From the NCBI GenBank assembly GCA_050290185.1, contig JBNKHE010000002.1, positions 64,001-128,000 of the forward strand: DNA of 64,000 nucleotides. The letters run 5' to 3'. Positions 31,606 through 41,133 of the stretch are shown here, piece after piece; the stretch's first letter is position 1, and every line of letters starts with the position of its first letter. A program made the position numbers and the translations under genes. Source of the DNA: Pontiella sp. (GTDB taxonomy: Bacteria > Verrucomicrobiota > Kiritimatiellia > Kiritimatiellales > Pontiellaceae). The notes beneath the pieces were generated by a model. The model was not told the origin of the DNA and did not search any database. It saw only the letters and a list, made by a program, of their open reading frames with translations.

Positions 31606-32516
31606 TACTTTCCTCTCAAATCGTCCAAAATTCGGCGCATATCATCAAACAACGGGGCCTCGAAAGAAAGCCTTTTCCCGGAAACGGGATGGGTAAACGC
31701 CAAGCGGGCAGCGTGCAGCATCTGCCGTTCGGGCTTTTGGGGAAGACGGTGCCTGCGAGCCCGGCCATACACCGCGTCACCTGCAATCGGATGACCGATA
31801 TGCGCCATGTGCACGCGGATCTGATGCGTCCGCCCCGTCTCGATTTTCACCCGCACCAGTGAAACTTCGGAAAAGTGTTCCACCATTTCATAATTGGAAA
31901 CCGCATTCCGTCCGCCTTCCTTCAGTACTGCCATTTTTTGACGATGGACCGGATGCCGCCCGATCAGCGTTTCAATGCGGCCACGGGCTGGCGGCTCGCC
32001 CCAGACCAGCGCGAGATATTCTTTTTCCGTCTCGCGCGCCTTGAACTGGCGTTGCAATTCCATCATCGCCGATTCCGATTTCGCCACCACCATCACGCCG
32101 CTCGTGTCCTTGTCGAGCCGATGCACAATACCCCCACGGTCCAACGACTCAAAAACCGGATGATGGAACAGAAGCGCATTGACCAGTGTACCCGATTCAT
32201 TACCCGCCGCCGGATGTACGACCAGTCCGGGCGGCTTATTTAAAACCAGCACGGCATCGTCCTCGTAAAGAATGTCGAGCGGGATATTCTCCGGCAGGAC
32301 TTTCTCCTCACTCTCCTCGGGCATAGACCACACAAGAACATCGCCGGCTTTCAGCTTCTGGTTCGGTTTGGATGTGACGTCGTTGACCTTTACCAGCCCA
32401 TTTTGGATCAGTGTTTTCCACTGCGAGCGCGATATATCCGGCACCTGCTCCGCCAGAAAGGCATCCAGCCGAACACCTCCGCAACCTGATTCCACTATCT
32501 GCTGTTCATTCATCAC
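31605..32516 (-). CDS. rluD: RluA-family pseudouridine synthase, RluD-like
   Basis: S4 domain RLDAFL; NKPPGLVVHP; HRLDKDTSG; TGRTHQIRVH. Confidence 0.9.
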   Translation of the reverse strand: MMNEQQIVESGCGGVRLDAFLAEQVPDISRSQWKTLIQNGLVKVNDVTSKPNQKLKAGDVLVWSMPEESEEKVLPENIPLDILYEDDAVLVLNKPPGLVVHPAAGNESGTLVNALLFHHPVFESLDRGGIVHRLDKDTSGVMVVAKSESAMMELQRQFKARETEKEYLALVWGEPPARGRIETLIGRHPVHRQKMAVLKEGGRNAVSNYEMVEHFSEVSLVRVKIETGRTHQIRVHMAHIGHPIAGDAVYGRARRHRLPQKPERQMLHAARLAFTHPVSGKRLSFEAPLFDDMRRILDDLRGK

Positions 32517-32612
32517 TGCCTTTGCTTCCTTAGCGACCTTCTGTACAATCTTCCGTGTTTTCGGTGCATTCCGTGGTTAATAATCCGGTTTTTGGATAGT
32601 GGAGAGCATGCA

Positions 32613-33371
32613 ATGGACATTCAAGCAGAACTCATATCGATCGGCAACGAGTTGCTCAGCGGACGAACGCTCAATACGCACGGGCAGGATCTCGGCGCAG
32701 CACTTGCCGCCATCGGCCTCCAGCTGGTGCGCGACACCACCATCCCCGACGAGATTCCCATTATTCAAAGCACAGTCCGGGAAGCCCTGGTCCGCACCGG
32801 CCTCGTATTCGTCAGTGGCGGCCTCGGCCCCACCGTCGATGACATCACCCGCGATGCCCTCGGCCAATTACTGAATCAAAAGATTATTTTGCACCAACCG
32901 ACCGTCGGAATCATGACCGAACGCTACGCCGCGCGAGGACGGGGAATGACCCCTGTAGCCGAACGGCAGGCACTGGTACTCGAAAATGCCGTTGTGCTAC
33001 CCAACTCCGTCGGCGCGGCACCCGGTCAACGCATTGCTCTTCCTGAAGAAAAAACCCTATTCGTAATGCCCGGCCCGCCCAACGAATTCAACGCCATCCT
33101 CAACGAAGAAATCGTTCCCTGGCTCAAGCTTCGCTATGCCCACGCACGCCCCAGGCTGGTACGTATCGTTCAAACCCGGGGAATTGGCGAATCCGACATT
33201 GTAACCATCCTCGAAGAGACCCATTTCCAGCCGGCCGATGTCGACCTCGGATTCTATCCCGGCAAGGGCAAGGTTGAAATCCGTCTCACCGCCCAGCCCG
33301 GTCAGGAATCCCAAATCGACGAAGCCGAACAAACCCTGCGCTCACTACTCAGCGACCATCTTGATCAATAG
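32613..33371 (+). CDS. CinA N-terminal (molybdopterin-binding-like) protein lacking the PncC domain
   Basis: IGNELLSG, GGLGPTVDDIT, GAAPG, MPGPPNE, GIGES; ends before the PncC domain. Confidence 0.85.
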   Translation: MDIQAELISIGNELLSGRTLNTHGQDLGAALAAIGLQLVRDTTIPDEIPIIQSTVREALVRTGLVFVSGGLGPTVDDITRDALGQLLNQKIILHQPTVGIMTERYAARGRGMTPVAERQALVLENAVVLPNSVGAAPGQRIALPEEKTLFVMPGPPNEFNAILNEEIVPWLKLRYAHARPRLVRIVQTRGIGESDIVTILEETHFQPADVDLGFYPGKGKVEIRLTAQPGQESQIDEAEQTLRSLLSDHLDQ

Positions 33372-33377
33372 GGTTTC

Positions 33378-33437
33378 ACCACAGAGATCGCAGAGGAGCA
33401 CAGAGAGTTTCGATTTCACTCCGTGATCCGCTGTGGT
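33378..33437. repeat. Imperfect palindromic intergenic element, possible terminator
   Basis: ACCACAG-AGATC...GATCC-G-CTGTGGT with internal CAGAG repeats, between convergent genes. Confidence 0.5.
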
Positions 33438-33442
33438 TTAAA

Positions 33443-34711
33443 TCATTTCCGGCGGATGAGGGCAGAGAAGGCGCCATCGGTTTCGGATTCGGGGGGAAAG
33501 CATTTACTGGTTTTAACCAAGCGGAATTCGGGATGATCGGCAATCCAACGGGCGACGAGGTCTTCGTTTTCCTCGGCTTCGAGGCTGCAGGTGCTGTAAA
33601 CAATCCGGCCCTTTTCGTTCAGTAATGCCGCACAGGCGGTAAGGATCTGATATTGGAGCTCAACAATTTTTTCAATCCGTTCCGGATCAATGCGCCAACG
33701 TGCGTCGGCGCGGCGGCGTAAGACTCCGGTGTTTAGACAGGGCACATCAAGCAGGATAGCGTCGAACTTGCGGTCTCCGAGCGCCTTCGTCGGATTGCGG
33801 GCATCGCCCTGAACGATTTCGATCCAGTCGAGTTTCAGGCGCTTTTTGTTTTCCTTGAGCACGGCAATGCGATCGGCATGCAGATCCATGGCCACCAGTT
33901 CACCGGAACCGGTCATGCGACTGGCCATCATGGCGGCTTTTCCGCCGGGCGCGGCGCAGGCGTCAAACACGGCTTCGCCGGGACGCGGAGCGAGTAGATC
34001 GACGGAGATCGAGGTAGCCGGATCCTGCACGGTAAACCATCCTGCACCGTAGCCAGGCACTTTTTTCACGGCCACGCCGCGCGGCAGGACGAGAAAGATT
34101 TCACGGTCGGAAAAAGGATGCAGCAGCGGCTCGACACCGGCCTCGCGCAGCTTGTCGATGAACTCCGCGGCATCGACGACCGACTGGTCGATGCGCAACG
34201 TGGTGGCGGGCGGCTGGTTGTTCCATTCCGCCAGCGCAAGAGCATCGGCCTCGCCGTATTGCCGGATCCAGCGGTCGAGCAGAAACCTGGGGTGCGATAG
34301 CCGAACATGCGCGGGTTGCTCTTCCAGCGATTTAAGCACGTCGTCGCGTTCGCGCTGGGCGCGGCGCAACACGGCATTGATCATCTTGGCGGCCCCTTCC
34401 CCGCCGGGACGGGCCTTGGCCGCTTCGACCGTTTCGTTGATGGCGGCATACGCATCAACCTCCATAAAGAGGAGTTGGTAGAGTCCGACCTGAAGCACGG
34501 CCTTGAAAAAGGGTTGGGGCGGCTTTTTCAACCATTGCTTTTCCAACCAGTCGAAGATGCTGCGGTTGCGCACGGTTCCGTTAACCATCTCAAGCACAAA
34601 AGCGTGGTCGTCCCTCACCTTGGCGAGTTGGCGGTCCGGGAAGCTCCCATCCACGAGCCATTGGGCGATGATTTCCGCGGCAACGAGCCTGCTATTCCTC
34701 TTTTTGGCCAT
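33443..34711 (-). CDS. rsmB: 16S rRNA m5C967 methyltransferase RsmB/Sun
   Basis: NusB-like N-terminus (AINETVE, INAVLR); DACAAPGGK, LLDVPC, YSTCS..EENE. Confidence 0.92.
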   Translation of the reverse strand: MAKKRNSRLVAAEIIAQWLVDGSFPDRQLAKVRDDHAFVLEMVNGTVRNRSIFDWLEKQWLKKPPQPFFKAVLQVGLYQLLFMEVDAYAAINETVEAAKARPGGEGAAKMINAVLRRAQRERDDVLKSLEEQPAHVRLSHPRFLLDRWIRQYGEADALALAEWNNQPPATTLRIDQSVVDAAEFIDKLREAGVEPLLHPFSDREIFLVLPRGVAVKKVPGYGAGWFTVQDPATSISVDLLAPRPGEAVFDACAAPGGKAAMMASRMTGSGELVAMDLHADRIAVLKENKKRLKLDWIEIVQGDARNPTKALGDRKFDAILLDVPCLNTGVLRRRADARWRIDPERIEKIVELQYQILTACAALLNEKGRIVYSTCSLEAEENEDLVARWIADHPEFRLVKTSKCFPPESETDGAFSALIRRK

Positions 34712-34798
34712 AAATCCCTTTCTGAAAACATCCGCACTCTAGCGATTCCTCGTCGATTTAAAAGAAAAAGCAAGGTGCTGGCTCAGCTCAACAGTTCA

Positions 34799-34814
34799 TG
34801 GCACATAACCTGCT
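34799..34814 (+). promoter_or_regulatory. Sigma54 (-24/-12) promoter
   Basis: TGGCACATAACCTGCT (GG-N10-GC), 55 bp upstream of ATG 34869. Confidence 0.7.
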
Positions 34815-34868
34815 AAACCTACGAGTAATTATTTTCGAAGAAAATTAACCGAAAAGGATTAGATCCAC

Positions 34869-36221
34869 ATGAAAACGAAAATCAAACCAATGGTATCATG
34901 GAGTATTTGGGCCGGCGGTCTGTCGCTGGTCATGGGTATTGTGACCCGCAATCAGCTGGTAGCCGGATTTCAGGCCGACAACACGGGAATGAGTGCAGTC
35001 ATCGCCGCCGTATTCGGCGCAGGGCTGGTCATCTCCTTTCTGGCAGCCCGTCAACTGCATAAAGAATGGGGCGTGTTGAAGCTGATTTCGGAAACCGACA
35101 CGATTCCGGATTCGAAGAAGGAATCCGATTTGGCCGCCGTATTCAGCAAGCTGGCCTCCTATAAGACCAAGGGCGAAACCGTTGATATCAATGCCGCCAT
35201 CGACACCTACCATTCCAAGCACAATTCGCGGGTACGCTCCGTCTCCATTATTGCGGCTTTGGTCATTTCGATGGGGTTGCTGGGAACGGTCGTTGGCTTG
35301 ATCATGTCGATTTCCGGTCTGGGCGGCATGGTTGAAAACATCGGCCTTTCGCGCACCACGATGATGGAAGCACTCAAGGCTACCGTTGCCGGCATGGGCA
35401 CCGCCTTCTACACCACCTTCTTCGGGGCACTTGGGGGACTGATTCTGCGCGCGGTCGCCGTATCCCAGCTCAACTCGCTATCCGAACTGTGCGCGGAGGC
35501 CACGGAATATGCCGACGCCCACTTGACGACAAAACTTGAAAGCAAGGAAGAAGAGCTCAATCAGAAGGTATCGAAGGTCATCGCCAGCTTTGATGGCATG
35601 CAGAAAGAAATCGAAGCGATCACCGTTCGGATTTCCGAATCCTTTGACTCCACGATGCGTAGTTTTGGCAATGCTCTGGGTGAAGCCGGTGAACATGCCA
35701 TGACCGCAACCAAGGAATGCATCAATGGCATGACCGACCAGATGGCCGTGTTCGGTAGTGAAATCGGCGCCTCATTCGGCACCTTCAATGCATCGGTTGA
35801 AAAAGCCGGCGAGGAGGTGCTCGAAGCCATCGGTACCGTCAATCTATCCATCGAAAAGTCGGGCGAAGAACTGCATAGTGCCTTTGGCGGCCTGAACCAG
35901 TCGCTGGAAACAGCGGGCGAAGGCGTAGCTGAATCGTTCAACGGACTCAACGATACCGTAAAGGAATCGACCGATATAGTCAGCGGATCCCTCGCAGACT
36001 TCAAGCTGAGTATGGATGGCACTTCTCTGGAACTCAAGGACGCTATAGGCGAACTCCACAGCGCCATCAGCGAAGCCACCGGCGAAATGAAGACCCTTTC
36101 CAAGGCTCGGCTCGATGCGGATGCTTCCGAGATCGCCGGCCACCTCTCCGTAGCGGCCACCTCGATCCAGAAGTTCCTGAACACGAAGAATACACACGAC
36201 GAAAACCAGAAGGTGGCGTAA
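34869..36221 (+). CDS. MotA/TolQ/ExbB-family ion-channel subunit with long helical C-terminal tail (ZorA-like architecture)
   Basis: Four TM segments; MGLLGTVVGL and GMGTAFYTTFFG signatures; about 250-aa amphipathic tail. Confidence 0.8.
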   Translation: MKTKIKPMVSWSIWAGGLSLVMGIVTRNQLVAGFQADNTGMSAVIAAVFGAGLVISFLAARQLHKEWGVLKLISETDTIPDSKKESDLAAVFSKLASYKTKGETVDINAAIDTYHSKHNSRVRSVSIIAALVISMGLLGTVVGLIMSISGLGGMVENIGLSRTTMMEALKATVAGMGTAFYTTFFGALGGLILRAVAVSQLNSLSELCAEATEYADAHLTTKLESKEEELNQKVSKVIASFDGMQKEIEAITVRISESFDSTMRSFGNALGEAGEHAMTATKECINGMTDQMAVFGSEIGASFGTFNASVEKAGEEVLEAIGTVNLSIEKSGEELHSAFGGLNQSLETAGEGVAESFNGLNDTVKESTDIVSGSLADFKLSMDGTSLELKDAIGELHSAISEATGEMKTLSKARLDADASEIAGHLSVAATSIQKFLNTKNTHDENQKVA

Positions 36222-37445
36222 ATGCGTGCGGCAACCCGACAGGAAGCAGCCTCCGGATCGGAAGGCGTATACGAGTCCTTCTCGGACATGGTGCTTTGCA
36301 CGGTAATCGTGCTCATCACCCTCGTGGTCGTACTGGCCCTGAATGTGGTACAGCAGCTCAATGTATACATCGAGCCCAACCACTTCAGTGGCGGTGCCAC
36401 CCGACCCTGGCTTTATCTCCAGGCGCAGAATACCGACTATTCAAAAACCTCCTCCGAAGGGCTCTCGCTTGAGCGCGCAGTATACGGGACCCGTCCGTTC
36501 GTGACGGTCAACCTGTTCAGCCCGGTCACGGCCAACTCGACCACCACCGTTCAGGATGGCCAGACCATCTCGGAGAGGGAAGGACAAACCTTCGACGGGC
36601 AGTGCGACCTAACGGCCTATAATTTCCTGCAGCTGGCCGCGGGCATCGAGCCCGGTTCGTTCCCGGTTGCCGGGAACCAGACCGCCCTCATGCTACCCAA
36701 GTTTTCGCACAAGGGCATTCTGGTCGAGTCCGGCGAGTCCAATGGATATATCGCCGAGCCCGACAATGCGCTTGCCTTGAAAGCCATGGCACTGGCATGG
36801 CCCATCTACGGCAATGCGCTCTATGCGCGTCGTGCGGCCAGTGACTACTTGAATGCGCGCACCAAGATCTTCGTCGAGGTTCTTGAATCAACCGACGACC
36901 AGCACCGGATCATGATCGGCCATAGCGTATTCACGCTTCCGCAGGATGTTGAAAACGGCAAGCTCGGCTGGCTGGCTGGTTTTTCTTCCGGCTTGACGGA
37001 AATGGTCTATCTCGGCAAGGCATGGAGCGATCCGGAAAACCAAACCAACAAGCGCATCGATTTCTTTGAAAAGAACGGCTTTGCCGATGCCGCGGCTGAT
37101 TACCGCGCATTCAGTTTCCCCAAGGGGTGGAGCCGGGCGCAACAGGAGCTGTTCGACGTAGCATGGGCCACCAACCCTGCCTTGTCGGAGAAGGCTCTGA
37201 AGCAGTATGCCCGGAACGCGGAGAACCAGATTGCGGTATCGTCGGCAATTATCAGCGGAACGAATGCACAGGAATACCTGCCACCGCTGCTGCGCCACCG
37301 CAATGCCTGGAAGGCCTATACCGATTTCTGCCTCTCACTCTCACAGGAAAGCGGCGATGCACCGCCAACGTGGCTCATGACCGAGTTTCTTGAACCGCTT
37401 GGCTTCGAACAGGCAGTCGTACGGGGTTTGAATACCGACTCCTAG
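36222..37445 (+). CDS. MotB/ExbD/ZorB-like single-TM partner with an unrecognised large C-terminal domain
   Basis: Starts immediately after the partner's stop (TAAATG); YESFSDMVLCTVIVLITLVVVLAL has Asp at the TM start; no OmpA-like motif seen. Confidence 0.65.
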   Translation: MRAATRQEAASGSEGVYESFSDMVLCTVIVLITLVVVLALNVVQQLNVYIEPNHFSGGATRPWLYLQAQNTDYSKTSSEGLSLERAVYGTRPFVTVNLFSPVTANSTTTVQDGQTISEREGQTFDGQCDLTAYNFLQLAAGIEPGSFPVAGNQTALMLPKFSHKGILVESGESNGYIAEPDNALALKAMALAWPIYGNALYARRAASDYLNARTKIFVEVLESTDDQHRIMIGHSVFTLPQDVENGKLGWLAGFSSGLTEMVYLGKAWSDPENQTNKRIDFFEKNGFADAAADYRAFSFPKGWSRAQQELFDVAWATNPALSEKALKQYARNAENQIAVSSAIISGTNAQEYLPPLLRHRNAWKAYTDFCLSLSQESGDAPPTWLMTEFLEPLGFEQAVVRGLNTDS

Positions 37446-38623
37446 AAAACCGCTCCCGGAAACTCTTCCAAAAGCAGCTCGATCTCGAGCTGCTTTTTTT
37501 CTTCCCGCAACAGCTTAAACCGAAGCGTCTCCCCCACCGAATGGTTGAATGTGATGCGCAGAACATCATACTCGTCCTTCACCGGTTTTCCATCCACCTC
37601 AAGAACCTGGTCGCCGACCTGGACCCCCGCGCGATCCGCCGGCGTATCGCGCCATACTTTCGCCACCCTTAAGCGGTGGTCTCCGGAAAACCCGAACGAG
37701 TTGAAGGCGGCACCCACCCATGGCCACTCATGCTTCCCTTTTTCGATCAGTGAGTTGGCAATTACCATCGCCAGATTCGAGGGCACGGCAAAAGCGATTC
37801 CAATGCCCTTCTCCTGCGCCTCAGTCAGGATCGCCGCATTAATCCCGACCAACCGTCCATCCACATCAATCAACGGACCGCCACTGTTCCCTTCGTTAAT
37901 AGCCACATCGGTCTGGATAAAATCCTCATAGGGAAGCACCTGCATACGGCGACCTTTTTGGCTGACATGACCAACGGTAACCGAACTTTGCAGGCTGAAC
38001 GGGGATCCGATCGCAATAACCATTTCCCCGATGCGCAAAGCATCAGAGTTTCCAAACTCCACGGCGGGGAAAACGGCGTCATTGGAATCGCCGGGGGCCG
38101 CGTCAGGAGAGGCGGCACCGTCGCCCTTGATCCTCAACACCGCCAGATCCGTTGCCTTATCGTGCCCCACCTCTTCGGCCTTGAGCTTGGTTCCATCATT
38201 GAGCACGACTTCAATCCACTTCACCCCTTCAATGACATGGTAGCTGGTGATGATATCGCCGCGCTCATCGATGATCACCCCCGACCCTTCGCCGGCCAGT
38301 TGTTCAGGCACATAGCGGTATTCCTGGAGAAATCCGAAAAGGTCGCGCTGTACCAGCTTAAGCACATACTGGGTCTTTTCCGTACGGATCACCACCACGG
38401 ACGGCATCACCTTTTCCACGGCATCCCCCAGCGCATCATTGAGCTCGCGGGCAATGTTGTAGTCGGAGACCGGCCGTTGCCGCGGAGCAAATGAACTGAC
38501 CGGTGCGGGATCAACAGGGGCCAATGCCTGATCGGCCCTATGGCGCCGCCAGGTCGAATGCAATGCACTCGCAATCATCAGGATGCAAAACCCAATCACC
38601 AGCCATTTGTTGCGGCTCTTCAT
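37442..38623 (-). CDS. HtrA/DegS-like trypsin serine protease with one PDZ domain
   Basis: GSGVII, TSYHVI, DLAVL, INEGNSGGPL, TPADRAGVQVGD. Confidence 0.92.
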   Translation of the reverse strand: MKSRNKWLVIGFCILMIASALHSTWRRHRADQALAPVDPAPVSSFAPRQRPVSDYNIARELNDALGDAVEKVMPSVVVIRTEKTQYVLKLVQRDLFGFLQEYRYVPEQLAGEGSGVIIDERGDIITSYHVIEGVKWIEVVLNDGTKLKAEEVGHDKATDLAVLRIKGDGAASPDAAPGDSNDAVFPAVEFGNSDALRIGEMVIAIGSPFSLQSSVTVGHVSQKGRRMQVLPYEDFIQTDVAINEGNSGGPLIDVDGRLVGINAAILTEAQEKGIGIAFAVPSNLAMVIANSLIEKGKHEWPWVGAAFNSFGFSGDHRLRVAKVWRDTPADRAGVQVGDQVLEVDGKPVKDEYDVLRITFNHSVGETLRFKLLREEKKQLEIELLLEEFPGAVF

Positions 38624-38853
38624 TCTTCAACCTCAAATGGGACTTCTGCAAGCTCGCCGTCCTTCTTCACCAGCTTTTCGATTTTTTGTTCCACCTCGTT
38701 GAGCTTCTTGGAGCAAAGGCCGACGAGTTTTGACCCTTCCTCGAAATGCTTGATCATGTCTTCAAGACTCAGTTCGCCGCTTTCCATCTCCTCGACCAAC
38801 TGTTCAAGCCGCTCCAATGACTGCTCGAAATCCGCGCTCTTCTTTTCTGCCAT
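38620..38853 (-). CDS. xseB: Exodeoxyribonuclease VII small subunit
   Basis: FEQSLERLEQLVEEMESGELSLE..FEEG. Confidence 0.95.
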   Translation of the reverse strand: MAEKKSADFEQSLERLEQLVEEMESGELSLEDMIKHFEEGSKLVGLCSKKLNEVEQKIEKLVKKDGELAEVPFEVEE

Positions 38854-38877
38854 AACCGCTCTCCCCGGGACGTCTCT

Positions 38878-40209
38878 TTACTCTTTTTCCACAATATTTG
38901 AAACCACTTTACCATCTGCAAACTGGGTGACCAGACTTTCCCCGATGCCAACCGTATCCACACTGCGCACCACGGTGCCATCCGGCTTGCGGGTCAGGCT
39001 ATAGCCCCGCCGCAACACGCCCAGCGGGTTGAGCATGCGCAACTGGCTTTCCAACCGTGTCAGTTGCTGCTGGTCGCGCTCGATCTTCCGCTCCATCCGG
39101 TGCTGCATAGTCATGGCCAGCTCATCGATTCGCTGATGGGTTTGCTGTACGCCGGAATACAGCAGGTGCGACATTTGTACATTTGCACTATCCAGCCGCT
39201 GCGCCCGTCTTTGCGCCCCCAGTTTAAGCAAATCAGCCATCCGCGTTTCCATCGAACTGATGCTCTGCCGGTATTGCCGGATCAGGTTGGCCGGTTCGCG
39301 GAACACATAGCTATGCGCCTGCCGGTTCAGCCGAAGGCGAAAATCCTGCGCCATGGTTTTCAGGCTCTGCTTCAGGCGGCGGTCGTACAGGAGAACAGAT
39401 TCCTCCAACTCGCCCTTTTCCCGCACGGCCAGCTCGGCGGCGGCCGAAGGCGTTGGTGCCCGCACATCCGCCACAAAATCGGATATGGTAAAATCGATCT
39501 CGTGGCCAACGGCCGATATAACCGGAATATCCGACCGGGCAATCGCGCGGGCCACAACCTCTTCGTTGAAGTTCCACAAATCCTCGATGCTTCCGCCGCC
39601 ACGGCCGACAATCATCAAATCAATATCATCACGGGTATTGAGATAGTCGATCGCCTTGACGATTCCCCGCTCTGCGCCGGCCCCCTGCACCTTGGCGGGA
39701 ATCAGCAGAATCTGGATATTCGGGAAACGGCGTGTGAGAACATTGATGATGTCACGGATTGCGGCACCGGTCGGCGATGTCACGATTCCGATTTTCTGCG
39801 GCAGCAGCGGCAATGGCTTCTTGCGGCCGGCATCAAACAGTCCTTCGGCCGCCAGTTTGGCCTTAAGTTTTTCGAACTGTTCCTGCAGGTTGCCCTTGCC
39901 CGCCTCCTCCATCTCGGAGGCAATCAGCTGGTAGCGCCCGGAAGCTTCGAACACGCTGGGCCGCGCATACATCTGGATCTGCAGCCCATCCTTCGGCCGG
40001 AACGTCACCCGCGCATTGTCGTTGCGGAACATCGCGCACGAAACCGCCGCACCTGCATCCTTCAAGGTAAAATACCAGTGCCCGCTGGAATGGATCGTAA
40101 CGCGTGAAAGTTCACCTTCCACCCAGACCTCGCCGATACCGCTTTCGAGCACCATCCGCGCCTTGCGGTTGACCTCCGCTACCGTATAGATTTTGCGTTC
40201 ACCGCCCAT
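38878..40209 (-). CDS. xseA: Exodeoxyribonuclease VII large subunit
   Basis: SGHWYFTLKD, TSPTGAAIRD, RGGGSIEDLWNFN, GHEIDFT, APTPSAAAE. Confidence 0.97.
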   Translation of the reverse strand: MGGERKIYTVAEVNRKARMVLESGIGEVWVEGELSRVTIHSSGHWYFTLKDAGAAVSCAMFRNDNARVTFRPKDGLQIQMYARPSVFEASGRYQLIASEMEEAGKGNLQEQFEKLKAKLAAEGLFDAGRKKPLPLLPQKIGIVTSPTGAAIRDIINVLTRRFPNIQILLIPAKVQGAGAERGIVKAIDYLNTRDDIDLMIVGRGGGSIEDLWNFNEEVVARAIARSDIPVISAVGHEIDFTISDFVADVRAPTPSAAAELAVREKGELEESVLLYDRRLKQSLKTMAQDFRLRLNRQAHSYVFREPANLIRQYRQSISSMETRMADLLKLGAQRRAQRLDSANVQMSHLLYSGVQQTHQRIDELAMTMQHRMERKIERDQQQLTRLESQLRMLNPLGVLRRGYSLTRKPDGTVVRSVDTVGIGESLVTQFADGKVVSNIVEKE

Positions 40210-40218
40210 TTCAGTTTT

Positions 40219-41004
40219 TTAATCCTGAAGTCTGATTCGTATCCGTTCAATCTCCCGCGCTTTACCGGTCTTCATATCGACATCGACAATCGCGCCTTCG
40301 AGGGTTGGGTCGCCGGTGGCGACGTCGAACTTGTGCGGGACGCCGGTCAGGAATTTCTTGACGACAGGCTCTACTTCGCGGCCGAGAATGGAATCCCGCG
40401 GACCGGTCATTCCAAGATCGGTGATGTAGGCCGTCCCGTTGGGAAAGACCGTTTCATCGGAGGTCTGGCAGTGGGTGTGCGTACCGAAGACGGCCGAAAC
40501 GCGGCCATCGAGAAAACGGCCCATGGCCATACGCTCGGAGGAGGCTTCGCCGTGCATGTCCAGGAAGATCACCTTGTCGTTGGCCAGTTCGCCCTTGAGC
40601 ATCCGATCCGCCATCTGGAACGGGCAGTCGTAACTGGGTTGCGTAAATACACGGCCGATCAGCTGCATCACGGTGATAGGTCCTTCGGGGGTCTCGACCC
40701 GCACCCAGCCCTTGCCGGGGGCTCCCTTCGAAAAGTTGGCCGGACGAATAATGAGCGATTCCATATCGATACCCGCCACCATCTCCTTGCTGTCCCAGGC
40801 GTGGTCGCCCAATGTAATTACGTCGGCTCCGGCATTCAGCAAAGCATTGGCTATTTCCGGTGTCGGACCGCGCCCCGCTGCCGCATTCTCGCCATTGGCG
40901 ATCACAAAATCCACGCGCCCCTCATCCTTCAACCGGCCAACGATCTGGTTAAACGCATTGCGTCCCGGCCGCCCGACAATATCTCCTACCAATAAAACCT
41001 TCAT
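40219..41004 (-). CDS. ymdB: YmdB-like metallophosphoesterase
   Basis: GDIVGRPGR, NGENAAAG, DMHGEASSE, GTHTH, TDLGMTG. Confidence 0.92.
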   Translation of the reverse strand: MKVLLVGDIVGRPGRNAFNQIVGRLKDEGRVDFVIANGENAAAGRGPTPEIANALLNAGADVITLGDHAWDSKEMVAGIDMESLIIRPANFSKGAPGKGWVRVETPEGPITVMQLIGRVFTQPSYDCPFQMADRMLKGELANDKVIFLDMHGEASSERMAMGRFLDGRVSAVFGTHTHCQTSDETVFPNGTAYITDLGMTGPRDSILGREVEPVVKKFLTGVPHKFDVATGDPTLEGAIVDVDMKTGKAREIERIRIRLQD

Positions 41005-41082
41005 ACTTCCTCTTTTCACTAATTGGCCGGGAGTTTACATGAAAGCTCCGTGGTGTCGAGAACTCCGCGGATTGGGGCCTGA

Positions 41083-41122
41083 TGCAAAAGCCCGGGTTCT
41101 TTTAACGGACCCGGGCTTTGCA
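41083..41122 (-). terminator. Hairpin terminator downstream of the ECF/VWA cluster
   Basis: AAAGCCCGGGTT / GACCCGGGCTTT stem. Confidence 0.7.
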
Positions 41123-41133
41123 AATGACAATTT

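Noticed and set aside
34869..37445. Calling the pair canonical Zorya or flagellar motAB
   Set aside because: No OmpA-like domain seen in the B subunit, and no zorC/D/E or flagellar genes adjacent.
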